Of a stretch of 46,226 bases of DNA, positions 35,738-45,752 are shown piece by piece. The translations under genes were made by a program, and so were the position numbers. Position 1 is the first letter of the stretch, and every line of letters begins with the position of its first letter. The stretch spans positions 1 to 46,226 of IMG/VR virus record IMGVR_UViG_3300024286_000009; one strand, given 5' to 3'. This DNA is from a virus. Its lineage: Duplodnaviria; Caudoviricetes. The notes below the pieces were generated by a model. The model was given only the letters and a program-made list of their open reading frames with translations. It made no database searches and had not been told where the DNA came from.

Positions 35738-36519
35738 ACCCCTGGCAGATGGCGCAGCAGCTCGCGCGCGAGCTCAAGCTCGCGCGCTGGCCGCACGGCT
35801 CCGCGGGCCTCGTGTTCGGCGAGAACGTGTTCGCGTTCGCCGGCGCGCCGGCCGAGGACACCATGCCTGCAGGCTTCCCGTTCGCGCTCGTGACGATCGG
35901 CTCCGGCACGCCCGACGAGGACGACCCCGACTTGATCCGGCAGGACTTCTCGGTGGTGGTCGTGGCCGAGGCCGCCGGCGACGCGCTCGGCCAGCACGCG
36001 ATCATCGGCGGAGCTCGCGCGGACCTGGGCAACAGCGCGGGCGCCGGCGTCGCCGAGGTCTCGGCGCGAGCTCGCGCCGTCATCAACCGGCTCACCGGCG
36101 CCGACGGCGCGTCGCTGATCGTGTCCGGCTCGGGCACCGCGGCGCCCTCGGCGGTCGGCCGCGGCAGGGCGATCGCCGCCGAGGAATACCGGGTCACCGC
36201 GCTCTGCACCGACGACGAGCACCACGCGCCGCCGCAGAGCTTCGGGCTCCTCGGCGACACGTTCTCGTGGGACGGCTCGGCTTGTCAGCAGCGGTTCGAC
36301 TTCCTGCGGTTCCGGGTCGGCTACGTCGCGGGCGCCAAGCCTGCGCAGCGACCCGAGCAGTGCGCCGCCATCGTCTACACGGGCACCAACACCGAGACCG
36401 CGGTCGCGCCGGTTCCTGGCCGCGCCTACTCGGTGTTCGCGGACTACGACCCACGCCGCACGGGCTCGCCGGCGGCTTCGAGCGCGGGGGACGCCGTCGG
36501 GGCGTTCGTGACCACGTGA
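35734..36519 (+). CDS. Putative tail terminator-like protein with C-terminal beta domain
   Basis: TTG start; P.A.V...G and F.VVV pattern; FN3-like C-terminus (VYTG...PG..Y.VF). Confidence 0.5.
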   Translation: MNPWQMAQQLARELKLARWPHGSAGLVFGENVFAFAGAPAEDTMPAGFPFALVTIGSGTPDEDDPDLIRQDFSVVVVAEAAGDALGQHAIIGGARADLGNSAGAGVAEVSARARAVINRLTGADGASLIVSGSGTAAPSAVGRGRAIAAEEYRVTALCTDDEHHAPPQSFGLLGDTFSWDGSACQQRFDFLRFRVGYVAGAKPAQRPEQCAAIVYTGTNTETAVAPVPGRAYSVFADYDPRRTGSPAASSAGDAVGAFVTT

Positions 36520-37310
36520 GCGGCGCGTTCGTCACGCTGCGGCTCGATACGACCGAGGCCGAGGCGGAGCTCCGCCGGTTCTACGAGGTGGCCGAGTCGT
36601 TCGCGCGGAAGAAGATCCCGGTCGACATCCGCGGCGCCGGCGGCCCGCCGCCGGGCGGCTCGGCGCCGGCGGTCCAGGCCGAGGACCGCGCCGTCGAGCG
36701 CGCGGGCCGCAAGGGCGGCATGCTGCGCGCGTTCGCGCGCCGGTTCACCGTGCGGCGCATGGTCTCGCGCGGCCTGCGCTCCGCGGCGGCGTTCCGCACC
36801 CTGTCGGCGGGGACTGAGGTCCTGGGCGGTGGCATGGAGTTCGCCGGCGGTGCCCTGGCCCGGACGCCGGTGGGGATGCTCGCGGTGATCGGCCTCGCCG
36901 CCGGCGTGGCCGGGTTCCGGCTCGCGAGCGGCCAGCCGCTCGAAGGCGCCGGCGAGATGCTCAACCGCGTGATCCTCGGCGACGAGGACGACAAGGCGCG
37001 CGCCGCGCGCCGCACGCGCGAGTGGCTCGAAGGCACGCCGGGCGCCGGCATCGTCGGCCGGGCCGGGGCGGTGCCCGAGGACGTCCGGCAGGTCGCGCGC
37101 GTGACGAACCAGCTCCTCGTCGAGCGCGAGCGCGGCGCCTCGCTGATCCGCGAGAACTTTCCGGTCAACAGCAAGCTCGACATGCTGATTCTGGCCTTCG
37201 GCGCGGGCTTCAAGACCGCCTGGGCGCAACTGGGCGGCGGCCAGTCGATCGAGAGTTTGAAACGCGCCTACCACGGCTACCTCAAGGAATACAACCGCGA
37301 TGGCGGATGA
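36516..37310 (+). CDS. Short tape-measure-like protein A (264 aa)
   Basis: N-terminal VTLRLDT..A; Gly/Ala-rich helices; central hydrophobic segment. Confidence 0.5.
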   Translation: MSGAFVTLRLDTTEAEAELRRFYEVAESFARKKIPVDIRGAGGPPPGGSAPAVQAEDRAVERAGRKGGMLRAFARRFTVRRMVSRGLRSAAAFRTLSAGTEVLGGGMEFAGGALARTPVGMLAVIGLAAGVAGFRLASGQPLEGAGEMLNRVILGDEDDKARAARRTREWLEGTPGAGIVGRAGAVPEDVRQVARVTNQLLVERERGASLIRENFPVNSKLDMLILAFGAGFKTAWAQLGGGQSIESLKRAYHGYLKEYNRDGG

Positions 37311-37869
37311 GGCACGGGTAACCTTACAGCTCGACGTCGAGGACGCGAAGCGCGTCATCGCCGGGTTGTCTAAGGACGCGGAGACCGCGGGCTCGACGGC
37401 CTCGGGCGGGATCCGGCGCGCGATCCGCCGCGGCGTGACGGCCTTCGGCTTCGGCGCCGGCGTCGGCGCGGGAATCGAGGCGATCCGGGGCCCCACCTCC
37501 GGTGGCGTCGGCGACATCGTCGGCGAGTCGTTCAACAAGCTCGGCTACGACATAGAGCAGTGGGCGCTCGGCAGCCTCGGCGAGCAGTCGCGCGCGTCGA
37601 TGCAGGCGCGCGACCAACTCGTGCAGACGTTCGCGGCGTCGGTCGGCGCCACGAACCGGATCACGCCCGGGATGCGCGAGTGGTTCGACTCGGCCAAGAC
37701 CCTCCGCCAGCAGGAAGAACACGGCAAAACGCTGATCAACCAGGACAAATACTTCCAGGGCCCGGGAATCGAGGCGCTGATCGAGCGCGTCACGTCGGCG
37801 CTCGCGGGCCTGCTCCACGACGCCGTCGGTAATCTAATCAAGGCCCTCACCCCTCCGTGCTTCCGATGA
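37300..37869 (+). CDS. Short tape-measure-like protein B (189 aa), paralog of A
   Basis: N-terminal VTLQLDV..A; colinear similarity to A. Confidence 0.5.
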   Translation: MADEARVTLQLDVEDAKRVIAGLSKDAETAGSTASGGIRRAIRRGVTAFGFGAGVGAGIEAIRGPTSGGVGDIVGESFNKLGYDIEQWALGSLGEQSRASMQARDQLVQTFAASVGATNRITPGMREWFDSAKTLRQQEEHGKTLINQDKYFQGPGIEALIERVTSALAGLLHDAVGNLIKALTPPCFR

Positions 37870-39302
37870 GCGTCCCGAACCCGTTCGCGATCACCTTCGG
37901 CGACCTGGACGTCGGCGGCACCACGCCGTTCCAGCTCCTCGGGCCCTACGCGATCGACAAGAGCTACGAGGGCTTCCGGCTCACGTTCGACATTGTCGTT
38001 ACCGCCGACTCGCTCGCCGCCGTCCAGGCCCTCGCCGACGACCTTGAGACCAACTTCCGCCGGCGCCTCGTGAACGGCGACCAACTCGTCATCAGCCTCG
38101 GTGGCGCGACCTGGACCTACCGCGTGGGCGAGACGCTCCTGGCCGTCACCAGCGAGATCCAGAAGCGCGGCAACCGCGAGGTCGACCTCGGGTTCTCACG
38201 CGCTTACACGTGCACCGTGCACGGCGAACTGCCGGCCGACCAGGACAACGCGCTGCGCGACGTCGAGGTCCTCGTCCACTACCTGCCGAGCCGGCAGCGC
38301 ACGGTGACGATGCGCGGCACTTACACGGCCGACGATGGCGGTGGCGCGCTCGAAAACTACCAGAGCTCGTTCGACGGCGAGGCGCTCCTCTACCTCAACG
38401 TGATCGACTCGAACGCGAAGTGGGAGCTCGTCGACGAGTCGGCCACGCTCGACCGGCACCGCACGTCGGCGGGCTCCGACCCGCGCCCGCACCTGTGCAA
38501 CTTCACGCGCCAATATACGGAGCTCCTCGCCGACCAGAGCCAGGGCCAGCGCGACGACAACCAGATCCGCGACCATCGGATCGTGTTCACCGACCTGTCC
38601 CAGAACCCGGCGGACAGCAAGGCGAGCATTCACCGGCTCCGGCGCGTCGTCGGCACCTACGACTGCTCGGTCGACATCACCGAGACGACCGACCTGCACG
38701 ACGTTTTCGACTCTAAGGTTCGGCAGCATATCACCCGGCTGTTCCGCACCGAGTTCTCGCCGCAAGTGTTCTGCCTCGAAGAACAGCGGATCGCCTTCGA
38801 CGAGACCGCGAAGCGGATCTCGGTCCAGTTCCAGTTCCTCTACCACGGGAGCGACTCGGGCCACGTGATCGAGGTCGCGCAGTCGGTCGCCTACAAGGAG
38901 ACGCGCACGATCGACTACACGCCCGTCCACGGCACCGACGAGTTCGCCGCCGAGGCCGACGTCGGCTTCGCCGTGCGCGAGCGGCACTGGAACCGGACGG
39001 CGGTGGTCCTCGGCGTCGAGACGCCGAAGCTCCGGATCAGCGCGCAGCCGCTCGCCGGCGACGCCGGCCTGTTCACAGACACGATCGGCGGCATCGCCGG
39101 GCCCGACTTCGGCAACCGCAGCCGCATCGCGCCGGACGGCTGGAACATCATCAGCAGCACGAGCCAAGTGACGCCGCAGTTCGTCGGCGACCCGAGCAAC
39201 TCTAACAACCAGATCCAGCTCTACATCGTAAGCGAGGTCGTGGTCGAGCGGTTCCACAAGAAGCCGGCCGGCGCGGGCACCGGCCCGGTGACCCCGAGGT
39301 AG
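37866..39302 (+). CDS. Putative tail tip / baseplate protein
   Basis: 478 aa, beta-rich, follows the TMP-like genes. Confidence 0.55.
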   Translation: MSVPNPFAITFGDLDVGGTTPFQLLGPYAIDKSYEGFRLTFDIVVTADSLAAVQALADDLETNFRRRLVNGDQLVISLGGATWTYRVGETLLAVTSEIQKRGNREVDLGFSRAYTCTVHGELPADQDNALRDVEVLVHYLPSRQRTVTMRGTYTADDGGGALENYQSSFDGEALLYLNVIDSNAKWELVDESATLDRHRTSAGSDPRPHLCNFTRQYTELLADQSQGQRDDNQIRDHRIVFTDLSQNPADSKASIHRLRRVVGTYDCSVDITETTDLHDVFDSKVRQHITRLFRTEFSPQVFCLEEQRIAFDETAKRISVQFQFLYHGSDSGHVIEVAQSVAYKETRTIDYTPVHGTDEFAAEADVGFAVRERHWNRTAVVLGVETPKLRISAQPLAGDAGLFTDTIGGIAGPDFGNRSRIAPDGWNIISSTSQVTPQFVGDPSNSNNQIQLYIVSEVVVERFHKKPAGAGTGPVTPR

Positions 39303-39306
39303 CCCG

Positions 39307-41550
39307 GTGCCCGAAACCTCGAAGGCGATCGTGACCCTCGGCGGCGTGCCGCTCGGCGCGACCCAGGCGATCGCGTGGCGGTTCGTGTCCGGCGTCGCGC
39401 CCTACGTGACCGAGTTCGCGGTGCCGAAGGCGACCTGGACCGGCAAGCTCCGGGGGCGGACCGGCGTGCCGCTTGAGCTCCGGATCGTCGACAGCCGCGG
39501 CGTCGACACGCGGATTCAGGGCGTCTACATCCTGCACACGGCGCCGAGCGACTCGCCGAACCGGGTGCACTTCGTGGTCGCCGACGTGCGGTGGAAGTGG
39601 CCCTACAAGCTCGTCGCGATGGACTTCAACATGACGCGGAAAACGGGCGACCGGACCGCGTTCCAGAGCGTGCCGGTCGAGACCCAGGTCTCCGTCGACC
39701 AATACGACTTCCTCGCCTACTCGTTAGACAAGGACGACCAGGGCGCGCCGCAGAAGTGGACCGCGCAGAACGCGCTCGAAGAAGTCCTAAAGCAGGTCGC
39801 CTTAGACGCGCAGGGCCGGCCGAACTACCACATCGAGAGTTTCCCGATCCCGCAGGAGACGAGCGGCAACGAGGGGCAGTTCACGATCCAGAACGTCTCG
39901 CTGCGCGACGCCGGCGACGCCGCGATCGCGCGGCTCCTGAGCTATATTCCCGGCACCGACATTTACATAGACAAGAAGGGGCAGGCCCGGGTCTTTGATA
40001 CGACCGACCTCGGCGCCGCCGAGGACCGGCTCGGCGACCTGCCGCCGCGGACCTGGGCCGGCGAGTTCCCGGCGATCATCGACCGGAAGAAGATCCGCCC
40101 GCAGGCGGTGCGCGTGCACTACCAGCGCGAGGTCGAGTGTCTGTTTCGCTTCAAGGATCTCCTCGCGGGCACCGCGACGCCGCCGCTCACGCCGCAGCCC
40201 GACGACGCGTTCCTGGAGAACGTGATAGCGACGCCGGACCCAGTCACATTTATGACCGAATACGACCCGGTCTCTAATCGGGCGCGCACGGTGGCGAAGG
40301 CCGTCGGCACCTGGGTCGAGTTCTCGCGCTGGCTCAACGCAATGGACCAGCAGCGACCGTTGAACTCGTTCCCCTGGACGTTCGACACGATCAAGCGGCT
40401 CTGGGTGCTCGGCAACCTCGAAGGCGCGCTCGGTGCCGGCGGCAAGGACCTCGACGACGACGCTAACATCGCGATGCGCGTCCAGACGATCAAGGAGCAC
40501 TTCCGGCAGACGTTCCGCGTCAACCGGAAATACATGGAGCGCATTAGGGACATCCGCGCCGTGCGCGTCGGCCTGCTCGACCCGGTGACCGGCGCCCGAG
40601 CTCCGGCGCGCGTGTGGGGCCAGTATGCCGTGATCCCCACCGAGAAGGGTTACATGGTTACCGCGCGCACGGACCCGAGTCAGGTCGCCTACGCGCGCAA
40701 CGTCGACTGCCTCGCGGCCTCGGCCGACGGGACCAACATCACGCGCACGACGCCGGGCGTGCAGACGATCACCGTCGAGGACGAGGAGGTCGGGATCCTG
40801 CGCGTCGAGGGCGTCCAGTCGCCGTTCGGCACGACGGCGAGCTTCGTGCCCTGCCTGCTCGTGAACGCGCAGGAGCAGACCCGGGTGCCGATCCGCGACT
40901 TGCGACGGCAGGACGAGCAGTCGATGGGGTTCGGGATGCGGATGGAAGGCGGGAGCGACGGCATCTTCCTCGCAAACTCGATGAAGCTCGCCGCCATGCT
41001 GACGATCACGCCGGCCGCGCCTAACAACAAGTTCCAGTTCCACGTCGTCGAGGTGAAGGCGCGCGACGTCGCCGAGATATACCGCATCGACTACCAGATC
41101 CAGGGCGGCGAGGGCCCGACGCTCGAAGTGTTCATACCGCCCGGCGAGATGACGGCGCGGTTCGCGTGGGACGACGACCTGCAGGCGTCGACCACGATCA
41201 AACACCTCCTCGGGCTCGGCGACGTCCAGGGCATCGACGGGACGAACCTGCCGGGATTCATCCTGTGCAACGGCGAGCGCAGCCTGACCGGCCACGCGCT
41301 CGCAGTCGCGGCCGAAATGCTGGCGCCGTTCGCCGACGCGCTCCAGGGGACGGTCGCGACAGCGGTGCCCGACGACGCGCTGCGGCTCGTCGGCAACAAC
41401 TCGTCGGTGACCGTGCGCGTCGACGCGGCGCCGTCGGCGAAGGTCTCCGCGATCACCGCGTTTCCGGGGCAGCAGCGGCCGATCTCGCGGCTCGCGTTGA
41501 TGCCGGAGTCGACAAGGCGGATCGTCCTGGGCATCGTTCCGTTCCGCTGA
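39307..41550 (+). CDS. Putative tail hub / tip protein
   Basis: 747 aa; N-terminal hub-like pattern (VADVRWKW); position. Confidence 0.55.
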   Translation: MPETSKAIVTLGGVPLGATQAIAWRFVSGVAPYVTEFAVPKATWTGKLRGRTGVPLELRIVDSRGVDTRIQGVYILHTAPSDSPNRVHFVVADVRWKWPYKLVAMDFNMTRKTGDRTAFQSVPVETQVSVDQYDFLAYSLDKDDQGAPQKWTAQNALEEVLKQVALDAQGRPNYHIESFPIPQETSGNEGQFTIQNVSLRDAGDAAIARLLSYIPGTDIYIDKKGQARVFDTTDLGAAEDRLGDLPPRTWAGEFPAIIDRKKIRPQAVRVHYQREVECLFRFKDLLAGTATPPLTPQPDDAFLENVIATPDPVTFMTEYDPVSNRARTVAKAVGTWVEFSRWLNAMDQQRPLNSFPWTFDTIKRLWVLGNLEGALGAGGKDLDDDANIAMRVQTIKEHFRQTFRVNRKYMERIRDIRAVRVGLLDPVTGARAPARVWGQYAVIPTEKGYMVTARTDPSQVAYARNVDCLAASADGTNITRTTPGVQTITVEDEEVGILRVEGVQSPFGTTASFVPCLLVNAQEQTRVPIRDLRRQDEQSMGFGMRMEGGSDGIFLANSMKLAAMLTITPAAPNNKFQFHVVEVKARDVAEIYRIDYQIQGGEGPTLEVFIPPGEMTARFAWDDDLQASTTIKHLLGLGDVQGIDGTNLPGFILCNGERSLTGHALAVAAEMLAPFADALQGTVATAVPDDALRLVGNNSSVTVRVDAAPSAKVSAITAFPGQQRPISRLALMPESTRRIVLGIVPFR

Positions 41551-41554
41551 CCCC

Positions 41555-44500
41555 ATGTCGAAGGTAACCGACCGCACCGACCTCGGGTTCTTCCCGCTCC
41601 AGGACGCCGCCGCGGCGGACGACGGCACGCCGGTCGGAATGCGGATGTGCCTCGCCGGCGCGCGCCTCAAGCGCGTCCCGGACCCGCTCGGCCGCGACGG
41701 CGCGACCGGCGACAGCGACGCGGCGATAATCGAGATCGCGCGCGACCACGACCTCGGCACGATCGGCGACGTCCACCCGTGGCTGTTCTGGCAGACGCGC
41801 GACCGCGGCGTGCGCGACATGGGCGCGTGGTCGATGGTGTTCGGCACGGTCTGGAGCGAGACCGAGGGCCGCTACACGCACGGCAGCGCGCAGCCGCTAC
41901 GCGACGGCGACTTCAAGACTGACACGCGATTCCGCGCGAAAACTCTGAGCTGGCCACAAGGGCTCAACACGATCCCGAAGGGTGCGCTGCTCGTGGCGCT
42001 GCCGGGCACCGACGAGGGCACCCAGGCCGAGCTCGCGCTGTGGGCCGACCCGCGGCTCTGCGCGCCGAACATCAGCGGCCCCGCCGCGTGCGGGACGCTC
42101 GTCGTCGACTTGCAGCCCGAGGGCACGTTCTGCATGTCGGGCTCGACGATCCCCGGCGTCGGCGGTCGCGCGGCGGTGCTGCAATCACTGGTGCGCGTCG
42201 TCGCCGTGACCCAGCACACGTCGCTCGCGAACCTCGGCGGGAGCGGCAACGTGCTCGCGCTCCAATACGGCCGGAGCAAGCAGGACCAGTTGCCGGGTTT
42301 GGGCGCGATCTTCGGCCCGATGGTCGGCGCCGCGGGCCCGACCACCGGCGGTGGCGGGGGCACCGCGGTCCCGCTCCCGACGGGGCCGACGGGCCCCGTC
42401 ACGCCGCGCATCGGCGCCGGCCTGCCGGGGCGCGCGCGACGCGGCGAGCTCAACGTCGGCACCGGCGCGTTCGGGACCGGGCTCACCGCCGAGGCCGGCG
42501 GGTCGCAAGAGCTCGCAATCAAGGACTACGGCCAGTTCTCGCCGGTGGCCGACGGCGCCGGCGGCGTCGCGTTCATGGCCGCCTTAGACGGCTGGGGACC
42601 TATCCACCTCGGCGCGCGCGGCGACAAACACGAGCACGGGCACGACGGCGACGGTAACCCCGTCAACTCCGCCCACGTCTCGACCAACGCCTACTTCTTC
42701 CGGAACTCGCGCGAGGACGGCCCGCTCCAGTTCGAGGGCGTCTACCCGGACCCGCCGAGCTGGCCGCTCACGGCGCGCGTGCACCTGAGCTGGGACGGCC
42801 GCGCGCGGCACCCGTTCCGCGGCGGCTCGCGCGACGGCCTGTGGCGCTGGTGGGCCGAGGTCCCCTACGTCGCGCCGACGACGCCGCCGACGATCCCGCC
42901 GACCACTCCGCCGACCAGTCCCCCGAGCACGCCGCCGCCGACCACGCCGGGACCGGGGCGCCCAGGCCCCGGGCCGTCGCCGCCGGGGCCCGGCGCGCCG
43001 CCCGGGCCGGGCACGCCCGGCGGCCCGGCGACGCCGGGGCCCCCCGGACCCGGCGCGCGCGGCGGTCGCGGGCCGATCCGTCCCACGTGGCAGGGCGGCG
43101 GCGCGCCGCCGCTCGGCTGGCCGGGCCCTCCGATCACTGGGAGGCCCGGGGCGCCCGGCACGGGCGGCCCTGGGGTTCCGCCACCGCCTGGTCCCGGCGG
43201 GGCCGGTGGCGGCGGTCCTGCGGGGCCCAGGGGCGGTCCGTCGACGCCGCGCGGCCCGTGGCCCGGTCCGGGCGACCCGCCGCCGCCGGGCGTCGCCCTG
43301 CCGCCCGACCCGCCCGACGACCCGGACCCGCCGGAGGACCCGCCGGACGACCCGGACGACGACCCCTTCGGCGCCGGCGGTGGCCGCCTGCCGCGCTACC
43401 CGAACGGCTACCCGCTGCCCGGCGAGGGCAAGCCGCCGAAGAAGAAGTGGGGCAAGAACGCGGCGCCGGCGACCGGCGTCTGGTCGGGGCGCAACGCCGT
43501 CGGCGGGCGCGAGCGCGTCCCCGGCCTCGTCGAGCGCGTCGGCGGCGCCGACCGCGACGCCGTCGGCCTCTACACGATCTTCCACCCGCTGAGCGAGGGC
43601 TACGCCGCCGTCGCGTTCCGCCCGCAGTTGAGCGTGCTCGGCGCCCCGAACTTCGAGCACAACCCGCAAGTCCCGCGCGCGATGGTGATCGCCGACGAGC
43701 GGACGCGGCCCCAGGTCGTCGTGCTCCGCGCGTTCGGCGGCCAGAGCTCGGCCACCGGCGACTGGCGCTACGTCGAGCGCCCGGTCGGCTCGCGCGCCCG
43801 CGGCGGCACCGCGAACGGCGGCGTCGTGTTCTCGCCGGCGCGCTTCGAGCTCGCCGACTACTACGGGCTCAACACCGGCGCCAACGTGAGCGACGTCACG
43901 AGTTCGCGCGCGACGCAGTCCTACGTGCTGCTCGCGCCCGGCGTCGCGCTCGCGTTCGGCAAGCCCGCGGCCACCGGCGCGTTGCAGTCGAACGCCGCCG
44001 TGATCGACCAGGACGTCGCCGCCGCGGCGGCGCCGCTGCGCGTCACGCACGCCGGCGCCGAGGTCCTGCGCGCGGCGGTCGTCGGCAGCGAGCGGCTCGT
44101 GCAGCTCGGCGGCACGACCGGCGCGGCGCTGCCGTCGGGCTCGACCGCGCAGCGGCCGGGCTCGCCGGTCGCGGGGCACGTCCGGATCAACAGCAGCGGC
44201 GCGACCGACGTTCTGGAGTGGTGGGACAACACCGGCGGCGCGGGCTGGCTCCAGGCGTGGCCGTCGACGGTGTTCGTGGCGAGCGGCACGAACCACGCGA
44301 TCGGCCTCGTGCCCGACCCGGGCGCGAGCGCCGGCACGACGAAGTTCTTGCGCGAAGATGCGACCTGGGCGGTCCCATCGGGTAGCGCGAGCGGCACGCT
44401 GCTGCGCGCGCCGCAGATCCTTGCCAGCGGAACGAGCTATACAACGCCGGCCGGCTGCACGCACATTCTCGTCGAGATGATCGGCGCCGGCGGCGGTGGC

Positions 44501-45037
44501 GGCGGCGCGGCGCAAGCGGCGACGAACGCGGCGGCGGGCGGCGGCGGCGCAGCCGGCGCGTTCGCGTCGGCCTACATCGCGGTGACCGCGAGCACGGCCT
44601 ACACGATCGCGATCGGCGCCGGCGGCGGTGGCGGCGCTGCCGGCAACAACGACGGGAGCACCGGCGGGAATACAACGATCACGGTCTCGGGGACAACCTA
44701 CACGGCAGCCGGCGGCGGCGGCGGCAAGGGCTGCGCCGCGGGCGTGGGCACCATCGTGCAGGGCGGCGACGGCAGCTCGTCGAGCAACTGCGACTTGAAC
44801 GGTCGCGGCGCCCCGGGTCACGAGGGCATCGTGATCTCCAAGACGATCGCGTCGGGCGGCGCCGGCGGGTCGCCGCCGTGGGGCGGTGGCGGTCGCGCCA
44901 CGGGCAACACCGAGGCGCAGGGCAATGACGGCAAGCTCTACGGCGGCGGCGGCGCCGGCGGGTGTTGCCTCGGCACCACGGCGCGCGCCGGCGGCGCCGG
45001 CGCGAACGGCGTCATCCGCATCTGGGAGTTCTCCTAG
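41555..45037 (+). CDS. Large tail/fibre protein with central Pro/Gly/Thr low-complexity segment and C-terminal glycine-rich domain
   Basis: LPSGSTAQRP, GLVP.P, FLREDATW, SGTSYT.P.G...VE.IGAGGGG...G.NGVI.IWE: fibre-type motifs. Confidence 0.8.
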   Translation: MSKVTDRTDLGFFPLQDAAAADDGTPVGMRMCLAGARLKRVPDPLGRDGATGDSDAAIIEIARDHDLGTIGDVHPWLFWQTRDRGVRDMGAWSMVFGTVWSETEGRYTHGSAQPLRDGDFKTDTRFRAKTLSWPQGLNTIPKGALLVALPGTDEGTQAELALWADPRLCAPNISGPAACGTLVVDLQPEGTFCMSGSTIPGVGGRAAVLQSLVRVVAVTQHTSLANLGGSGNVLALQYGRSKQDQLPGLGAIFGPMVGAAGPTTGGGGGTAVPLPTGPTGPVTPRIGAGLPGRARRGELNVGTGAFGTGLTAEAGGSQELAIKDYGQFSPVADGAGGVAFMAALDGWGPIHLGARGDKHEHGHDGDGNPVNSAHVSTNAYFFRNSREDGPLQFEGVYPDPPSWPLTARVHLSWDGRARHPFRGGSRDGLWRWWAEVPYVAPTTPPTIPPTTPPTSPPSTPPPTTPGPGRPGPGPSPPGPGAPPGPGTPGGPATPGPPGPGARGGRGPIRPTWQGGGAPPLGWPGPPITGRPGAPGTGGPGVPPPPGPGGAGGGGPAGPRGGPSTPRGPWPGPGDPPPPGVALPPDPPDDPDPPEDPPDDPDDDPFGAGGGRLPRYPNGYPLPGEGKPPKKKWGKNAAPATGVWSGRNAVGGRERVPGLVERVGGADRDAVGLYTIFHPLSEGYAAVAFRPQLSVLGAPNFEHNPQVPRAMVIADERTRPQVVVLRAFGGQSSATGDWRYVERPVGSRARGGTANGGVVFSPARFELADYYGLNTGANVSDVTSSRATQSYVLLAPGVALAFGKPAATGALQSNAAVIDQDVAAAAAPLRVTHAGAEVLRAAVVGSERLVQLGGTTGAALPSGSTAQRPGSPVAGHVRINSSGATDVLEWWDNTGGAGWLQAWPSTVFVASGTNHAIGLVPDPGASAGTTKFLREDATWAVPSGSASGTLLRAPQILASGTSYTTPAGCTHILVEMIGAGGGGGGAAQAATNAAAGGGGAAGAFASAYIAVTASTAYTIAIGAGGGGGAAGNNDGSTGGNTTITVSGTTYTAAGGGGGKGCAAGVGTIVQGGDGSSSSNCDLNGRGAPGHEGIVISKTIASGGAGGSPPWGGGGRATGNTEAQGNDGKLYGGGGAGGCCLGTTARAGGAGANGVIRIWEFS

Positions 45038-45059
45038 CGAAGGCGCAGGTGTTCCACCG

Positions 45060-45428
45060 ATGGACCTCAGCCTACCTACTGGCGGAGCCTGTGCGGTCGC
45101 GGGCGCGCTCGCCCTCAAGGGCATCGACATGATCCTGAACTTCTTGACCAAGCGGCAGCGGCAGGACGACGAGTTCGCGGAGAAGCAGCGGCGGCAGGGC
45201 GACGAGGTCGCCGAGCGCCGCGACGAGCGGCTGCAGAAGCGCGTCGCCGAGCTCGAATGCCGGCAGGACCGCCACGCTCGCGAGCACGCTGAGGCGCTCC
45301 AGAAGTGCCTCGACGGGCACCAGCAGTGCATCGACGAGCAGCAAGAGCTCGCGAAGCAGGTCGTCGCGCTCCAGGCGAAGGTGTTCGGCCACCAGCCGCC
45401 GGGAAAAGATCAGGGACTTTTCAGCTAA
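45060..45428 (+). CDS. Holin-like membrane protein with coiled coil
   Basis: One N-terminal hydrophobic segment and a charged coiled coil; follows the tail fibre gene. Confidence 0.5.
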   Translation: MDLSLPTGGACAVAGALALKGIDMILNFLTKRQRQDDEFAEKQRRQGDEVAERRDERLQKRVAELECRQDRHAREHAEALQKCLDGHQQCIDEQQELAKQVVALQAKVFGHQPPGKDQGLFS

Positions 45429-45464
45429 GGTCCCCATTGCGTCCCGGGCGACTACCCTGGGAGC

Positions 45465-45752
45465 ATGACGAACCGATGGCGCGGAAGTAGCGTCGCGATC
45501 GCCATGGCCTTCGCGACGTGCGCGACGCTCACCTGCTGGGCGGCGTTCGGCGACGACTACGGGCGGATGCCGCTCGACGCCGCGCTGGTGCGGCTCCGGA
45601 GCGCCGACCGCGACGAGCGCGGCGGCGCGCTCGTCGTGTGGGACCGCGGGTTCCGCGAGGCGCTCGGGGTCCTGCTCGACGCGGCCGAGGCCGGCGACCC
45701 GCAGGCGCGCGCGCTGCTCGACAAGTGGCGGGAGATCCTCAAGTGCCGATGA
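45465..45752 (+). CDS. Small protein with N-terminal signal/anchor
   Basis: SVAIAMAFATCATLTCWAAF hydrophobic stretch; TACCCT lies 6 nt upstream. Confidence 0.6.
   Translation: MTNRWRGSSVAIAMAFATCATLTCWAAFGDDYGRMPLDAALVRLRSADRDERGGALVVWDRGFREALGVLLDAAEAGDPQARALLDKWREILKCR

Noticed and set aside
42870-43450. Collagen triple-helix domain in the tail protein
   Set aside because: Gly is not in a strict G-X-Y register over any long run. It is better described as a Pro/Gly low-complexity segment.
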